The notes under the pieces are model-generated. The model saw only the letters and a list, made by a program, of their open reading frames with translations, ran no database searches and was not told the DNA's origin. From contig OZ234493.1 in NCBI GenBank assembly GCA_965153455.1, positions 30,370,213 through 30,434,212 of the forward strand: a DNA stretch of 64,000 bases, read 5' to 3'. This DNA comes from Sphagnum compactum (lineage: Eukaryota). The position numbers and the translations under genes were made by a program. This document shows positions 37,070-50,531 of the stretch, one piece after another (position 1 is the first letter of the stretch; each line of letters opens with the position of its first letter).

Positions 37070-38699
37070 AAAACAATTTTGCAATAACAACTATGTGCAC
37101 ATATAATGTTTGGGGACAGTGTTTTTTTTTTCTTTTTGTCAATTTTGAAATGTAGCCAATTGCATGAAAACCATTGCAAAAAATGTTCCATAAAAAATCA
37201 CAATTTATGCTCACACATTATCTGTTGTTATCTTCAGGCAATTATACAAGTAGGGCGGGCCCAAATTTTTGAACAAGCACAATGGCCTGTATCTGGGATG
37301 CTCCATATTATAAAACCATCTTAGTGGTTTGCAACATCAGCAGTTGGCATTAAATTATGGTTGCAGGATCCAAGGGCAAAAGCCAAAAGGAGAGTCATGA
37401 GATTGGTTCAATAACATGGCATAACACCTCACTCCCTTTTTTTGCCCTCTTCAAATTTTCGTTGTTTGGAGATATACCATACTTACAATTGATGCTTAGC
37501 ACAAAATAATTCGCAAAAGGTCTAGCTGAGAAAAAAGAGAAAATTTTTTATTGATCTTTGTCGAAATTGTTGAAAATTGAAAACCATCAGGTTACTATTG
37601 CAAATGCACAACTCTTTTGCATATTTATTCATCAACTCTTGAAATTCTGGAAAATTAGATTTCAAATCGCCAAACAATGGTCTTCAAAAGTAAATAAATA
37701 TTTGGCAAAAAAGTGCCAAAAACATCAGTCATAGGTATGGTAATGTTACAAGTAGCATGGATCACAACCATTTGACACCTCTGGATACACATTCACCAAT
37801 CTCATAAGGATTTGGGTTTTGATTTGGGAAATATTTTGGAGTTTTTTTTTCCAAGTTCTTGATGATGTTCTGCCTGGTTACAAATGCAGTGGAGGATGTT
37901 GGTAACTACTGAGAACATCTTCGGTGCAAAATGCAACATGAAGAACATTCACTCAATGTGTAAATGTTGGCAAGAGATCTATCACCGAAAATATTGGATT
38001 TAGAGAACCAATGATAAGACTGTACTCCTGCTCATTCTGAGGCTATTGGACAACAATGAATTGGGCCTTGAGCAGGTCAATAATAATATGAAAGATTTTC
38101 TGGAGGATTATGTCAAGCACAACCAAGTACCTCTCCGCTTCATTATGTTGATATGTTTGCTTTAAGTTGTTATATTTTTGACGATTCAAAAACCGATTCA
38201 CTTACAACAACATAAAAATCCAAGCCCAAAACATAGAAAAATGAAAACATTTGCATATCAAAGAAAACAACAAAGCAATAACTATGCTTTGGAATCTCAA
38301 ATCATCAAAAGTGATTTGAGGTCACACGTTATGAGATTGTAGTTCCGACCTTTGTTCACAATTAAACTTGTTCAAAATTAACTAATTAATTTAACTAATC
38401 CAATTTATTCTTAACTAACTAAAATCTAACTGAACAGCTAAACTAACACACCTGACATTGTCTGTCCATCAGATCATGTTCTAAGAACATGTGTTACACA
38501 CCCTAGATGTCTTTGAGAATGTTGTGCACACTTATTTTGTACCGATTTCATGACAAGGAAGTGGTTGGCCTTTTGCTACTCAGAATAACTTTTGAGGAGT
38601 TTGCAGATGTGGATGAGATCTACAAGTCCCTTTTCACTTGATAAAATTGAAGCCCTGGAGAATTTGGATGCAGTTCCAATTGTGGCTCCTGGTATTATT

Positions 38700-41600
38700 G
38701 TCAAAGAGAAGGTACCTTCTTAGAACTTGCTTATTACTTCTTGATGGTAAGTAAACTGCATGTAGGTTGGAATTGGAGTAGTACTTATTTGCTTGTTCTG
38801 GCACATGAGGTGTAGTTCAGTAGCACAGTTTCAAATGTATTCCACTTGTAAATTCATCCAATTCTGTTGGTCAGATATATATTAGAGCTATAGAGACACT
38901 TGATTTATATACAATCTGCAATTTTTTTCCTTGATAATCATGCAGATGAAGCACAATTGAACTTCATTTCTAGGAGTGCAGAGACGTAGATGCAATCCAA
39001 GAAAAAGTGCACTTGTCTGAAACAGATACAAAACATCTCTTACTGCTGCATTGAGCTGAATTGATTTTGGCATTAATCAGCTGATATAAGTGTGTTGTTT
39101 ACTGAGCTTTAGCAATACCTGCTCAGATTCTATTGTCGCATGATGATGTTTTCCTCACACGGATCTTCTGGAAATTGATTTGCCATTCCCACATTGTTCT
39201 GTCACAATTGCTTCAAATGTCCAAGGAGTCTCATCTTAAGCCAGTAGGAGGGTTTTAAAAAGCCTGCTAGTAAGTCCAATGAACCAATTAAAAGACATCA
39301 CCAAACTCGGTCAAAAGTATATCTGCCCACCTTCTTTAAGCAGAGCACCAAGAGCACCAAACATTTAAACCATACACACAAGATACACAGCAGCTAGTAG
39401 GACCATACAGCACAGAGAGACCAGATCAACACAGCTGCAACACCTGCACACCAAAATTAAGAGAGTGAACTCATTAGCTCAAATGAAACTCTGGATTCAG
39501 TATTACATGCACTACAGACTAACTTTCTTGTGCATTTTTTCAAGTGCCAAACACATGTATCATTTGCCTCATAACAACACCTACCAGTCAAGTGAATTGT
39601 GCCAGAAAAGTTATCTTCACTTGTGACTTCATCCCAAATTGTCCTCCAGATCCAGAAAAAACAGTCCTGCATTAGCAATCAACCTGCTTCAAGAAATGCC
39701 TTCCCAGAGTCACAGCATTTGAAGATCACCATCTACATTTTGCATGACTATAAGTAACCAAAATGCAATCACTTGACAAGAAAAAAATTGAATATTCAGT
39801 TAAATTTGTACCTGATCTCATTATGATGACCATGTACTAGCAAGCTCCAGATGTACTTCCAACATATCTACATGCTTTTAGATAAACAGTAAAGACCACC
39901 ACCAAAACATCTTCCACTACAAACCCCTGAACTACGGGTTCAACCTCTAAACTACTGACAAAATTCCCCTTGGAACTTCAGTTTTCTGACAAAGCTGCCA
40001 TTTCTGCATATACTAATACTTATTCAATATATACCAATTGTTTCATCCAAATTGGCACAAAAGACATTGGCAGCACTGACCCCACTAAGGTGATTAAAAG
40101 TCAAACAGAAAACACTTGCTTGCATATGGATTTTTGAATATTTGACATCTCAATTTCTCAACTATATATGAGCCTAATGGAAAGAAAACAGGGTGAGAAT
40201 TATACACAAGGCAAGAAAATGTATAGGTCAGTACCCTCCAAGAGGTCACATGGAGTTGTAGATCCTGCTAAAGCAAGAAATTGGTGTGCATAAAAACAGT
40301 AGGCCTGACTGAGAGGTCACCTAGATATGTTTGCATGCCCAAGTATCTTTTCCAAAGAATGTCTGCTGTGTGGGAAAGATTTTTTTTCAAATGTAGCATT
40401 TGTTTGAAGTGCTGCATACAGTAGGTATAGCTCGTCCTATGGTATGCAGAAAGTTGAAAAAAAATACTTGGCAAGGAGGAAACAAACTTCTCAGATTGCT
40501 AGACCCCAAAACTGTAGAGCTCCATAACCACTGCATGGTTTGAAAGTAAGTACTGGGCAGAAAAAATGAATGCTGAAAGCAAAAAGCTGCAGATGAATAC
40601 CTCGCAGCACGTCACAGATGATTTCTTTGCAGATCAAGGCATGAGTCTTGAGGCACAGCTCCATCGACCAGTCAGTTTGACCAGAAACAAAAGAGTCAAC
40701 ATGCAGTACAAAATGGACTTCTTTTTAGTGCTTTTAAAAGAACTTTTTACCAGACAGTGATAGCCAAATGCCTCATGCAAGCAAAATTGTTGCCGCTGGG
40801 TTCAACGGTTGTACGCTGCATGCATGTTATTCCCGATTGCCCATATTTCTCTTGCATAAGTGGCACAATGAAGACTATGATCTGGTAAGAAGAAACACAA
40901 GAGAGGCATCTCATCTGTTGTTGGAACCTCCAGGCACCACTGTGTGAGTCTGTCTTCAGGAACATCATCATCATCGTTGGGTTCTTAAGATACTATGTTG
41001 TCAGAGATTTTGCCAGAACTCATGGACGTTCATGCTGAGAGCTTGCAAGACAACCTTGAGGACAGGACCACCAGATGTGTTAGAAAAGAGCACAATGACG
41101 AAAACTGCACCAGACAACCTTGGGAGGAATAAATCACCCCTCCCGACCACACAAAACCATTTCTCTTTATTTGAGGGGGGACCTGCCCCGTAAGCGCACC
41201 CATAAGGGCAAGGTCCCAGGACCCATACAGTCAACCTGGAACTTCTTTGTTTCCCATTTTGTGGCTGATCTGATACTTCAATACAACTGTTCTGCAAGTT
41301 GATAGCTTAGTTGCACGGTAAGCTAAGGAGTGATATTGCCATCAACCTCCCAGAAACAAGTATAATTTCCTTGCTCCTTGTTGTCCAGATTCCTGCAAGC
41401 CACCATCAGTCTTGTGTGAGTTGAAGAGAAAGACCTTATCCACTTCATACGTGGCAAGTAAGGCTGAAAAGCCAGCCATACCCTAGCTTGGAAGAACAAG
41501 GGTTTCTGCAAAAGCTGTGCATCCAGACGCCAATTCTCCGAAACGAAACAATAAGAATTTATCAGATGACAATAGAACACTTGCTCACAAGCGGTACACC

Positions 41601-42300
41601 ACCAGTCTACATCAAAACACGACACGATCCTTTGATCCCAACGGAAAACCAACCAAGACGGCAAAAGAAAACGAGAGAAAAGAAGAAGATAACAAGTCTA
41701 GAGACAGTAGCCGACAGATCCGCGACAACCGAAAGAAAGCCTCTAACGAAACATAACCCTAAGGAAGGAGCACACAACCGGGATGATCTTTTATCACCGA
41801 CACAGAACACCCGGAGAAAAGAAGGAAAAAGAAGAAAACAATACCTACCGACGAAAGAACGAACGAACAAGAAAGATGATCAGTACCGCTGCAAAACTCG
41901 ATCACGCACAACAATCACTCGCGTCGGAAGGAACTGCTCGAAATTCCAAAACGTTGATATCTTCTTTCCGCATTCAGAGATAGATCGGGGCCAAACGACC
42001 GAAGAACCTGCACTGCGGTAGCATCCGGAACCCAGAAACCAAAGACTACAAAAGTCCTTAATCAAATTGCAGGCGTTGCTGCGGATCTTATAGTAGAAGA
42101 ACGAAAGAAAGAAGGGCAGAAGAGAGAGAGAGACCGACAGAAGAAGGAATTCTCTCCGCAAAAGTCTTCAACACGCGTCGGCCGGCCTCCGACGACGACG
42201 CTGCGTCGGCCTTTGAGACGCCCGAAACGCGAGGCGACTGCAACCGACGCGACAACGAACAAGTGAAACTCTCGTCGGTAAAACACAAGATTACGTTCAC
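38700..42300 (-). ncRNA. Putative spliced non-coding transcript or decayed gene
   Basis: GC- and CT-rich 5' region at about 41.9-42.3 kb resembling the 5' ends of the DUF936 and RTN genes, then a series of minus-strand YAG| and |GT sites. No coherent ORF or recognisable protein. Confidence 0.4.
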
Positions 42301-45300
42301 GCCGTTCGATCTCCATCTGACGGTGTGAAAGCCTAGTGATCGTTCTCTACATTAGTAGTGCTTGTCGAACATTTGCTTTCTCTCCATGGAGATTAGTATG
42401 GATAGGCCGGTGAGCGAACACATAAGAATTGGGGGCTTTTCTGTTGTTAAACCTTCAACTGGGTTGGTATTCGAGTACAAAGAGAAGTTGTAGACAATTT
42501 GTGGGCACACCCATGGTCATTGAAATTGCCTCATTTGGTTAAGAATTGAGCAAGATATAGGCATCCAAAGTGGGGGAACCTTTTTTTGCTGTAGAAAAAT
42601 CCTTAACCAAACACATGCCAATTTTTTATGAGCAAAAACATTGCAACTTGTGAACAAAAGTATCTACACTTGACACATGGACAAGATTGCACCCTTGATC
42701 AAACTGGATGAATGCAATATTTGTGTGTTTCTTTCTGCAAAATTGTTCACCAAGCATCAACATTCAAGATTGAAATTTTCAAAAGGGTTTTGAAATCTTC
42801 AGTGACATGTGACAAATTGTTTGCATTAACCTAAAATTCTAAGCAAGCTAAGCACAGCCAAAGGTTTTGGTCAAATGCCTCGTGTGTTCCCACATCAAAC
42901 TTTAATGGGATTTTTAAAATTTCCATTAGTGTCACATTTTCCTCCTTTTGGGTCTAGTTGCTAAGACGTGCATTGCAAGCTTTGTTGGGCATAGGCAAAT
43001 GGTGAGATTTTTCTTCATGACCTTTTGATTGTTCTTTGTGATGCTTGAAATCTCGTTCATCATTGTTTTGGAAATCTTTCAAAAGTTCATTGTGAGTTTT
43101 TTGGTGTGCGTGTTGCAAGTTGAAAACATTGTGTATTGTTGCTAGTTGATTGTTGTGAGAATTCAATCATTTTTTTTGTGTTGCTGATTAAACCCTTGAA
43201 ATTCATCATGATTGATTGAATCGAAACCCTCCTTGCTTGCATGTTTTCCCTCTTTCTCAAAGGACATGGGAGCACCACATATGTGTGCACAATCTCTCTT
43301 ACTTTCTTTGAGTCAAACCTAGGCCAACCTCATCTAATGCTTACATATTTTTGAACTTTGTTACAATTCAAACTTGAGTCTTCTTAGCTTACTTTCTCTT
43401 TTGGTTGCAAAAAGAACTTGGATGTTTGCATGTTTATGAACTTGGTTGTACCCCTATTCACTAATGGTAATTATTGTTACATACTTACCTCCATGACTAG
43501 AGAATCAAAAGTTCATTTTGAAGTGAAACTCCAAGGAAAAAAAACTATTGGTGAGACAAATATATTTTAATCTAGCTAGCCCAATGGGCATTTTAATATT
43601 TTTAAAGTTATTAATGGTAAGTTGGGACTTTTTTTTTTGGTTTACTAGGGCATGAAGCTACTAGGATTAATTGACCATTGTTGGTTCTTTATTCAAATTC
43701 TTTAATGGTTAACTACTAGAATTCTCATTCTCTCTAATTGTTTTAATGTGTAATGTTCACTATTTCTTGTTATTTTTTTGGAGTTGATCAAGACTAAAGG
43801 AAGATAAGATGGAACTTTTGTAAATAAGCATGTAAGGCATTCAATGAAGGCTTCTGACCCATTTTTATTTTTATTTTTTTGCCTTTACATCTTGATGAAA
43901 TGAGAATACTTAGTTTGTTTAATGTAAAAGATTGTGCCTTTATTTTAATAGTTATTTTTCTCCCCCAAAAGGTTATTGGATAATAAATGTAGTTAAAGAA
44001 AACAACAACAGTTCTTTGGACATTAAATGATAATTGCAATATAGGGCAATAGTAACAACGAACAAAAATTCACAATGATGAAAGCAATCTACACCTTTTA
44101 ATATAGCATGCAACAAAATAGAAAAGAGAAGTAAGACAATAACTACCTTCTTAACATATCAATTAAAACATTTGTTGTGTTTTTCAAAGGTTTTGCTTTG
44201 TGTTTTTAAATGGTAGTTTTACTTGACCTTAAGTAGTCTCAAGTATGCATGTTTTCTTATGTTTTTATGTTTTTATACCTAGTAGCCTTCACGTAATGTG
44301 TATTTAGGATTGTCGTGTTTGCAACCTTAATAACCTTTTTTGGTTTGAAATTGTGTTTCTTTTTATTTTTATTTTTATTTTGGTCACAAGTTGAATTGAA
44401 ACATGGATGGTTCAAGAAATTTTTTTTTTTGTTGGTTATAGGTCAAATCCAAACTTTCTTGGTTCACAAATATTCTCTATGTGTGTTGGTTGTAATTCAA
44501 ACCTCTCCAATCATTCTTTCTTTATGTGTGTTTTCTTTTAAAACAAGTTGAACCTTCTAACACACGTGCATTCTATTTCTTAGTCTTTGGTCAAAGCCCT
44601 TTGATCACTTTCATTATGCTTGTGTTTTCTTTCAAGAACCAAGTTGAACCCAATGTTAGCTTTTATTTTCTTTTTATGCAAACACATTTTTTTTCTAATA
44701 TTGGTCACTAGTTAAACCATTTTGAACATTTTCTCTCTATTTGCATGTTCTTTTTCTAAAACTTGTTGAACCTCCCACGTGTGTTATTTATCTCTCTTAG
44801 TGCCTAATTGAACCCCTTTTATCACACACACACTTTCTATGTGTGCATTTTTTCAAAAAAGCAAATTAAACCCCCTACCAATCATATCATTTTTTATACG
44901 TGTGTTATTTCTTTCTCTTGGTGCTTAGTTGAACCCCCTTACTAGTTAATTTTCTTTCTTGGTTATTGGTTTAATATGTTGGATGAACTCCCTTTCCTTT
45001 TGATCATGCCCTATCCATCATGCCCCCCTTCCACCCATGTTATTGTTTAATTTAAGTCAATTTTTACAAGCTTACTACAACATGGCTTCAAGCCTTTGTT
45101 GTTGTCACTATTTGTGTTATTGTTGTCATGCTAAGATAATTTACACCTTTATATGTTATTGGATGTGCCCTAAGCCTTCCTTAAAATTATGATGGAATTT
45201 GTCTCATGCCTCCCTGATTATAATTATAAACCAAGTTACATTGAAGTTTGCTTTTGTACGTTTTATAGCTAACCTTTGAACAACACAATCAACCACATTC

Positions 45301-45599
45301 AATGTTGCAACCACTCGCCTTGCCCTCTTCTCCTCCCCTCCTTTCCTTTTTCCTTCTTTGATTTTTTTGGTTACCTCCTTGTCCATAGTTTTCTATCACA
45401 TAATGCCCAAGTATTCATTACTTGTTACAACATGGGATTGATTATAATATGTTAATGGTTTTGTACCTAATTCCTTTCTTGCAAGCAAATGTGATAGGGA
45501 CAAAAAATTGTGAGTTTAACATAAAAATTCTTTAGTTGAAAATGCATAATTTTGGACTAGAAATGTTAGTTCACAAGCAACTTCACCAAGGTTAATGAT

Positions 45600-46770
45600 T
45601 AATTCTATTGGTTTTGTTCATACTATGGCAACATAGTTTGTAGGCATTTCCATGTAGTATCTTAGTTCAAATTATGCATTCTCACCAACATTATTTCAAT
45701 AAACTTAATTATGATTGTTAAGTTCATTAATCCTCAACAACTCAATGAGCTCCCCATTGTTGATTATCATCAAATGCTTTTAAGTTATCATTATCTTCAT
45801 TTGATGTGCAAAATGTTGTGTGTGCATTGCTTAGTTCAGTCTTATCATCCAGTGCTTCAAGATTAAATCGTCAAATTCCTATAGCCTTGAACTCACTTTT
45901 AATGTTTTGATTGGACAATGATTTGTCAAGAACCTTATCTACCCAACAAGCAAATTCTATCTTATTTGGTTCATTATATTAATTTCTAACCATAACACTA
46001 TATTTTTCTCTTTTAAAGGTTGTTGTGAAAAAATATAAGAAACTCACATCAAAGGATTGCATGGCATGAAAAATATGTGAAAGTAATGTGCACATATCTA
46101 ATATAGAATATTGTGTTTGTTCTATTGCTTCCAAAGATACATGTAAACCATGACCATCAACTAATATATGATGATTGAATTGAAAGACACCACCTAGAAT
46201 TGATCTTTTGAAAATGAAAAAAACTCCTTAAATAGATGAAATATCATCCATGTTTTCTTTTCTATCATTACATGTCCCTTGTTTGTAATTCTTGATGTAA
46301 TCAATTTTTATCCTTTTTTCCTTTGAATATAATGTAAAACCTTAATGAAATTCCTCCTATAACATTCGCAACATAATTTATCACGAGCCATAGGAATTGT
46401 GTGTGTAGACCTATGATGAACCTTTTCTTTTCCAAAATTCTTGCCCTTGATTAGTGCCTTGCCTAAATCCATGTTTCATAAAAATTATAAATGTAAATTG
46501 CATCATACTTATGTTGAATGTGTAATGTTTGTGGGTTTAAGTAGAAGGATTTGCATGAGTTGCTAGTTAGTCCTAATGCCTTGCAAATGTCAAAACCTTT
46601 TGCAAAACAAATTATTTCTAAGTGCACACACTTAAACCCAAACCATCGTGATGAATTCCCAAGTACATGATCTTTAAATGGTGTAGGCCAAGTTCAAATA
46701 AGTTTTATCACCTTCAAATTTTGTTTGTAATGTTATAAATAATCCACATTATTGCATGTTTAGAATATAA
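45600..46770 (-). pseudogene. pogo/Tc1-mariner DDE_1 transposase remnant
   Basis: Minus-strand translation gives IYNFYET (cf. IWN.DET), WLVINYVANVIGG...FYIIFKG, ILVDGHGLH, LLSHIFHAMQSFDV (cf. LPSHTSH.LQPLDV) and NIKSEFKAIGI (cf. NIKSGF.ATGI), with stops. Confidence 0.75.
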
Positions 46771-46859
46771 GCAACAAGAATTTGATCCATTGGTTTTCAT
46801 TAAGGTGAAAATCAATTCAATAATAACCTAGAAGGATATGAAAAAAACACTATTAGTTT

Positions 46860-49800
46860 TCAATTAAGCTTTAGGTAGGTGTTAGGTTTAGGTTTTAATT
46901 TTAGGCAATGTTGTTGCTCAATGGCAATGTGAAGCTTTTATTTTACGTTCTTGAATATAAACGAGTCCAAGATTTTGTGTGGCCCCACATTCCCTTGCTT
47001 CAATGTTCAACCGCTTTGGTCTTTCCTTGTTTCATTGTTCTTTTTTTTTGCTACTCTTTTATTTCATTGTTCCCTTCTTTTGTTATGCCTTTCTTTTGAT
47101 GTTTCCTCATGTCATTTTAAGTACCTTTTCTAGCTAACCCCCTTACTTCACTACTCCTTTGTTTCACTATTCTACATTTGGCTGCTTTCTGTGTCTAGAT
47201 TGGTATTCCCATTTTTAGGTGAATGCACGATCAATTGTCTCAATATCAGCAGAAATTACATTCCCTATAAGCCAATGCAAAAAATTTTAATATGATTCAA
47301 ATGGACATGGTTGTTACTTTAAAAAATATTTTTATTTATAATCTTTGAATAATACATGTTCAATCACATACAACCTTCCCAAATCTATGTGAAAACTTGT
47401 ATTTAATGTAGTTGATGTCATTTTTAAATTTGGAAATTCTAAAAGGAAAACCCACAAAGTCTAAATGAATAATGACCCATTCAAAACTTTTTTTAAAAAT
47501 GCTTTTGGGACAAAGAAATTGAAAAAAAATAAAAATTGCAACACATATGGACTTATGAAAATATGGTGAAATTTTAAATATTCAAAGGTCCCTAATTATT
47601 AAACAATTAAGGTTTTCAAAAAAATATTCTTCATATGAATTTATCATCTCGTATTACATCATATATTGAATCCTAATAACAAATTTAGAATGTGAATCAA
47701 ATATAAGTTTTTCCATTTTCTGATGGTTTAGTTAGACAACCAGTCCATATTTTTCAATTTCAAAAGTCCATTACTACTAACAAGTGAGTTTTTTATCAAT
47801 AAATAATCACATAATTATTTTCATAATGAAATTGTTAATGTAAATCCAACTCCCAATTAATAGATTTAAGGATATATTAATCACCATATGCATTTGAATA
47901 AAGGGTACCTAGAAAAAAAACACCATTTTGTCGCAATAGTGAGACACTCGATTGTGCATCTACCCCCTTCCCATCTTTCTTGCAAGTGTTGGAATTCAAG
48001 TTCTAAATCTTAGAGTTCAATCTAGTTTTATGTAAAAAGAAATATGGACTAGAATGCATTGTGTTGGTCATTTTATGTTGTAAATGATAATAACATTATT
48101 GATGGAAGAAAACTTTAGATCATGCATTGTGTGTTTTGTCACATTATTAATCCTATCCTTTTTAATCCAAGAACAAATTGAGAAAGGAAATTAGTTGTAT
48201 TAAAAAATTGGAATAACAAAATTGAAAAAACATGTGAATGCAGATCATATTTTGCTTGCAAATTTTTTTAAAGAAGTGACCATAGTATTGAAAGTTATAT
48301 TAGAAAGACAACCTACAAAATAGAGACTTAATGTGTGTAGCTTTGAAATATCAAAGGTTTTTGGTGAAAAAGATCCTTTAAAAAAAATGTTGAACAACAA
48401 AAAAAATTTCTACAAGACCTTGGCCTTTTGGTTATCAAAAATCACCTACCTATTCAATTTGTGAAGAGTACATGGTTGAAGCATCTTGTAATGCACTTAT
48501 GTCTAAAAGTTGTGCTTCTTTCAAGAAAATTGTTTTCACAAGAGGGTGTTTACTTGATTTGGTGGAAAAAAAATGAAACAAGAACATGTTTCGTGAAAAT
48601 TGAAAAAATGTTCTTATGCAATAACCAATTTTGACTCATGGATGTCAAAGGGAACACATATCGTAATAGGGCTATTTGAGGTAGATGAAACCATAGGTTA
48701 GGCCTTAGTAAGAAATTTAATTGAATTGTTGAATCAATATGGTTAAAATAAAATAAATTATTGCATATGTGAAGGGTGAAGGTGCAAATTTGAAGGCAAT
48801 GACATCAACATTAAAATTTGTGGTGAACTGTGAACTTCTTGGTTTTGAGGAAAAATTCCAAGGCACTTGCTTTGGCCATGCATTTTCCAAAGCAAGCTAG
48901 TATGGGACAACAAAAAAAAGTTTGCAAGAACATTATATATGTTTTTTTTATTAAGTTTGCCTAATATGATTTGTGAAAATGCATAACTTATCCAAATGTT
49001 TTTGGCAAAAGTAGATAGGAGTGGAAGAAGGCTTGTATTAAGTGTAAAATTCATCTAAAAAAGTTAAATATTCTTGTAAAAACAAGGTAATTTTCATAAA
49101 ATATTAGTTTATATTATGATTGTAAATTGATTTGTAGTATTTTCTTTGTTCTTTTAAAATATTACCATTTTCTTGAATATTTGCAAGTTTGCAAACAAAA
49201 TAATCTTGTTCCAAGAGGTTTTATTATTTCAAAAGGCCATTGTGTTATGTCATTATTGTTCATGTTTTTGGCCGAATTCTACCCTTTCTCATTTAACATA
49301 TTTCTTAAACAATTGTTGATTGCTTGCTTCAAGTTGTTATTGCTTGTAATTTGAACCAATCCAAAAATCATTGGTTGTTAATGGATGCTTTAAACTTTTT
49401 CATCACAATGAGTTTTAAGTTGAAGGAAGAAGTTGGAATTGCACTAGCTATAGACCAACTAATGAATGATGATTTTGGTATTGCCCTTGAATTATTTTTG
49501 CTTGACTTTAAAATTAAAAAGAATCCGTGTGCTATGTTTAACTTTTTCCTTTCATTTCTAAAAATATATGAAGAAGAAAAATTCATAACATGCTTTCATT
49601 GATGTTAAATCCACAATTTAAGAATCTTCATTTTCGTTTGTTGGTCATGAGCAAAACTTTTCAATTGTTGAAGATTATGATAGAGGATCTTTACATCCTA
49701 TGCTTTTGAAATGTTAATCATCACTTACGGCTTGTTGTGGATTGTGAAATTGGATCTATAGGCCAAATAATTGATGAAGACTATAACACGGATAATTTTT

Positions 49801-50531
49801 TAGATGATTGCTAACACAAGTGAATTAGTCAAAAGAATTGGTTAATAGAGAATCGTTAATTTTGAAAGATTTCAAGCATATGGTAAGGAGATTAAATGTT
49901 GCTTCCAATGGTGGCAAAATCATGAATCCATTTTCCCCATTCTTGGTTTTCTTGCTTGGCATGTACTAAAAATTGTTGGATTATAAATAGAAATTGAATT
50001 TTATTTTCTTAGTTAACATACTCACCAACCTTAGAAAACATCATTTATAATAAAAAAAACTTGGAAAATTTAATATTTGTTAACAAAAATTGGCCTAATG
50101 ACCCAAAAGTTGGTTGTAAATCTCCTTGAAATTTAGTAGAATTTATTGAAATAGATGAAACTTTTTTAAATAGTTAGAAGAATTTAAAGGTGAATTTGAA
50201 CAAGGTGAAATTTGAAATTAAAAACCTTGAATTTATGCACATTTCTCATGCTTTTGCAAGAATTTTCATTTTCATTTTTTTGAACTAAAAAATAACAGTT
50301 TTTTTTTAATAATCAAGTTGTGAAAATTGTATTTGGAAACCACTAGTTCAAAAATTAATGAGAATTGGCTTGATTGAAAACTTGCTGAATTTATTTTTTT
50401 TAAATTATGAATCCTTGAACGGTTTTCTAAACTTGGAACTTTATTTTTTTGAAAACCTGATATTTTTTCAAAATGGTTCTAAAACCCAAAATCGGTAGTT
50501 TTAATGAAAAAATGAGAATTGCCTAATACTA
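46860..50531 (+). mobile_element. Decayed hAT element, copy A
   Basis: FDSWM (first catalytic D) at about 48630, GTCFGHAF (CxxH) at about 48860, and QWWQNHESIFPILGFLA (hAT dimerisation domain) at about 49905. Decayed terminal TIR GAGAATTGCCTAATACTA. Colinear with 57575-61306. Confidence 0.8.

Noticed and set aside
41178..41217. TPP riboswitch or Helitron 3' hairpin
   Set aside because: It lacks the CTGAGA and CCTTTGAACCTGA TPP motifs, and no CTRR terminus follows the hairpin.
41488..42021. 177-aa K/R/T-rich plus-strand ORF
   Set aside because: TTG start. The composition reflects the antisense of a T/C-rich leader or intron.
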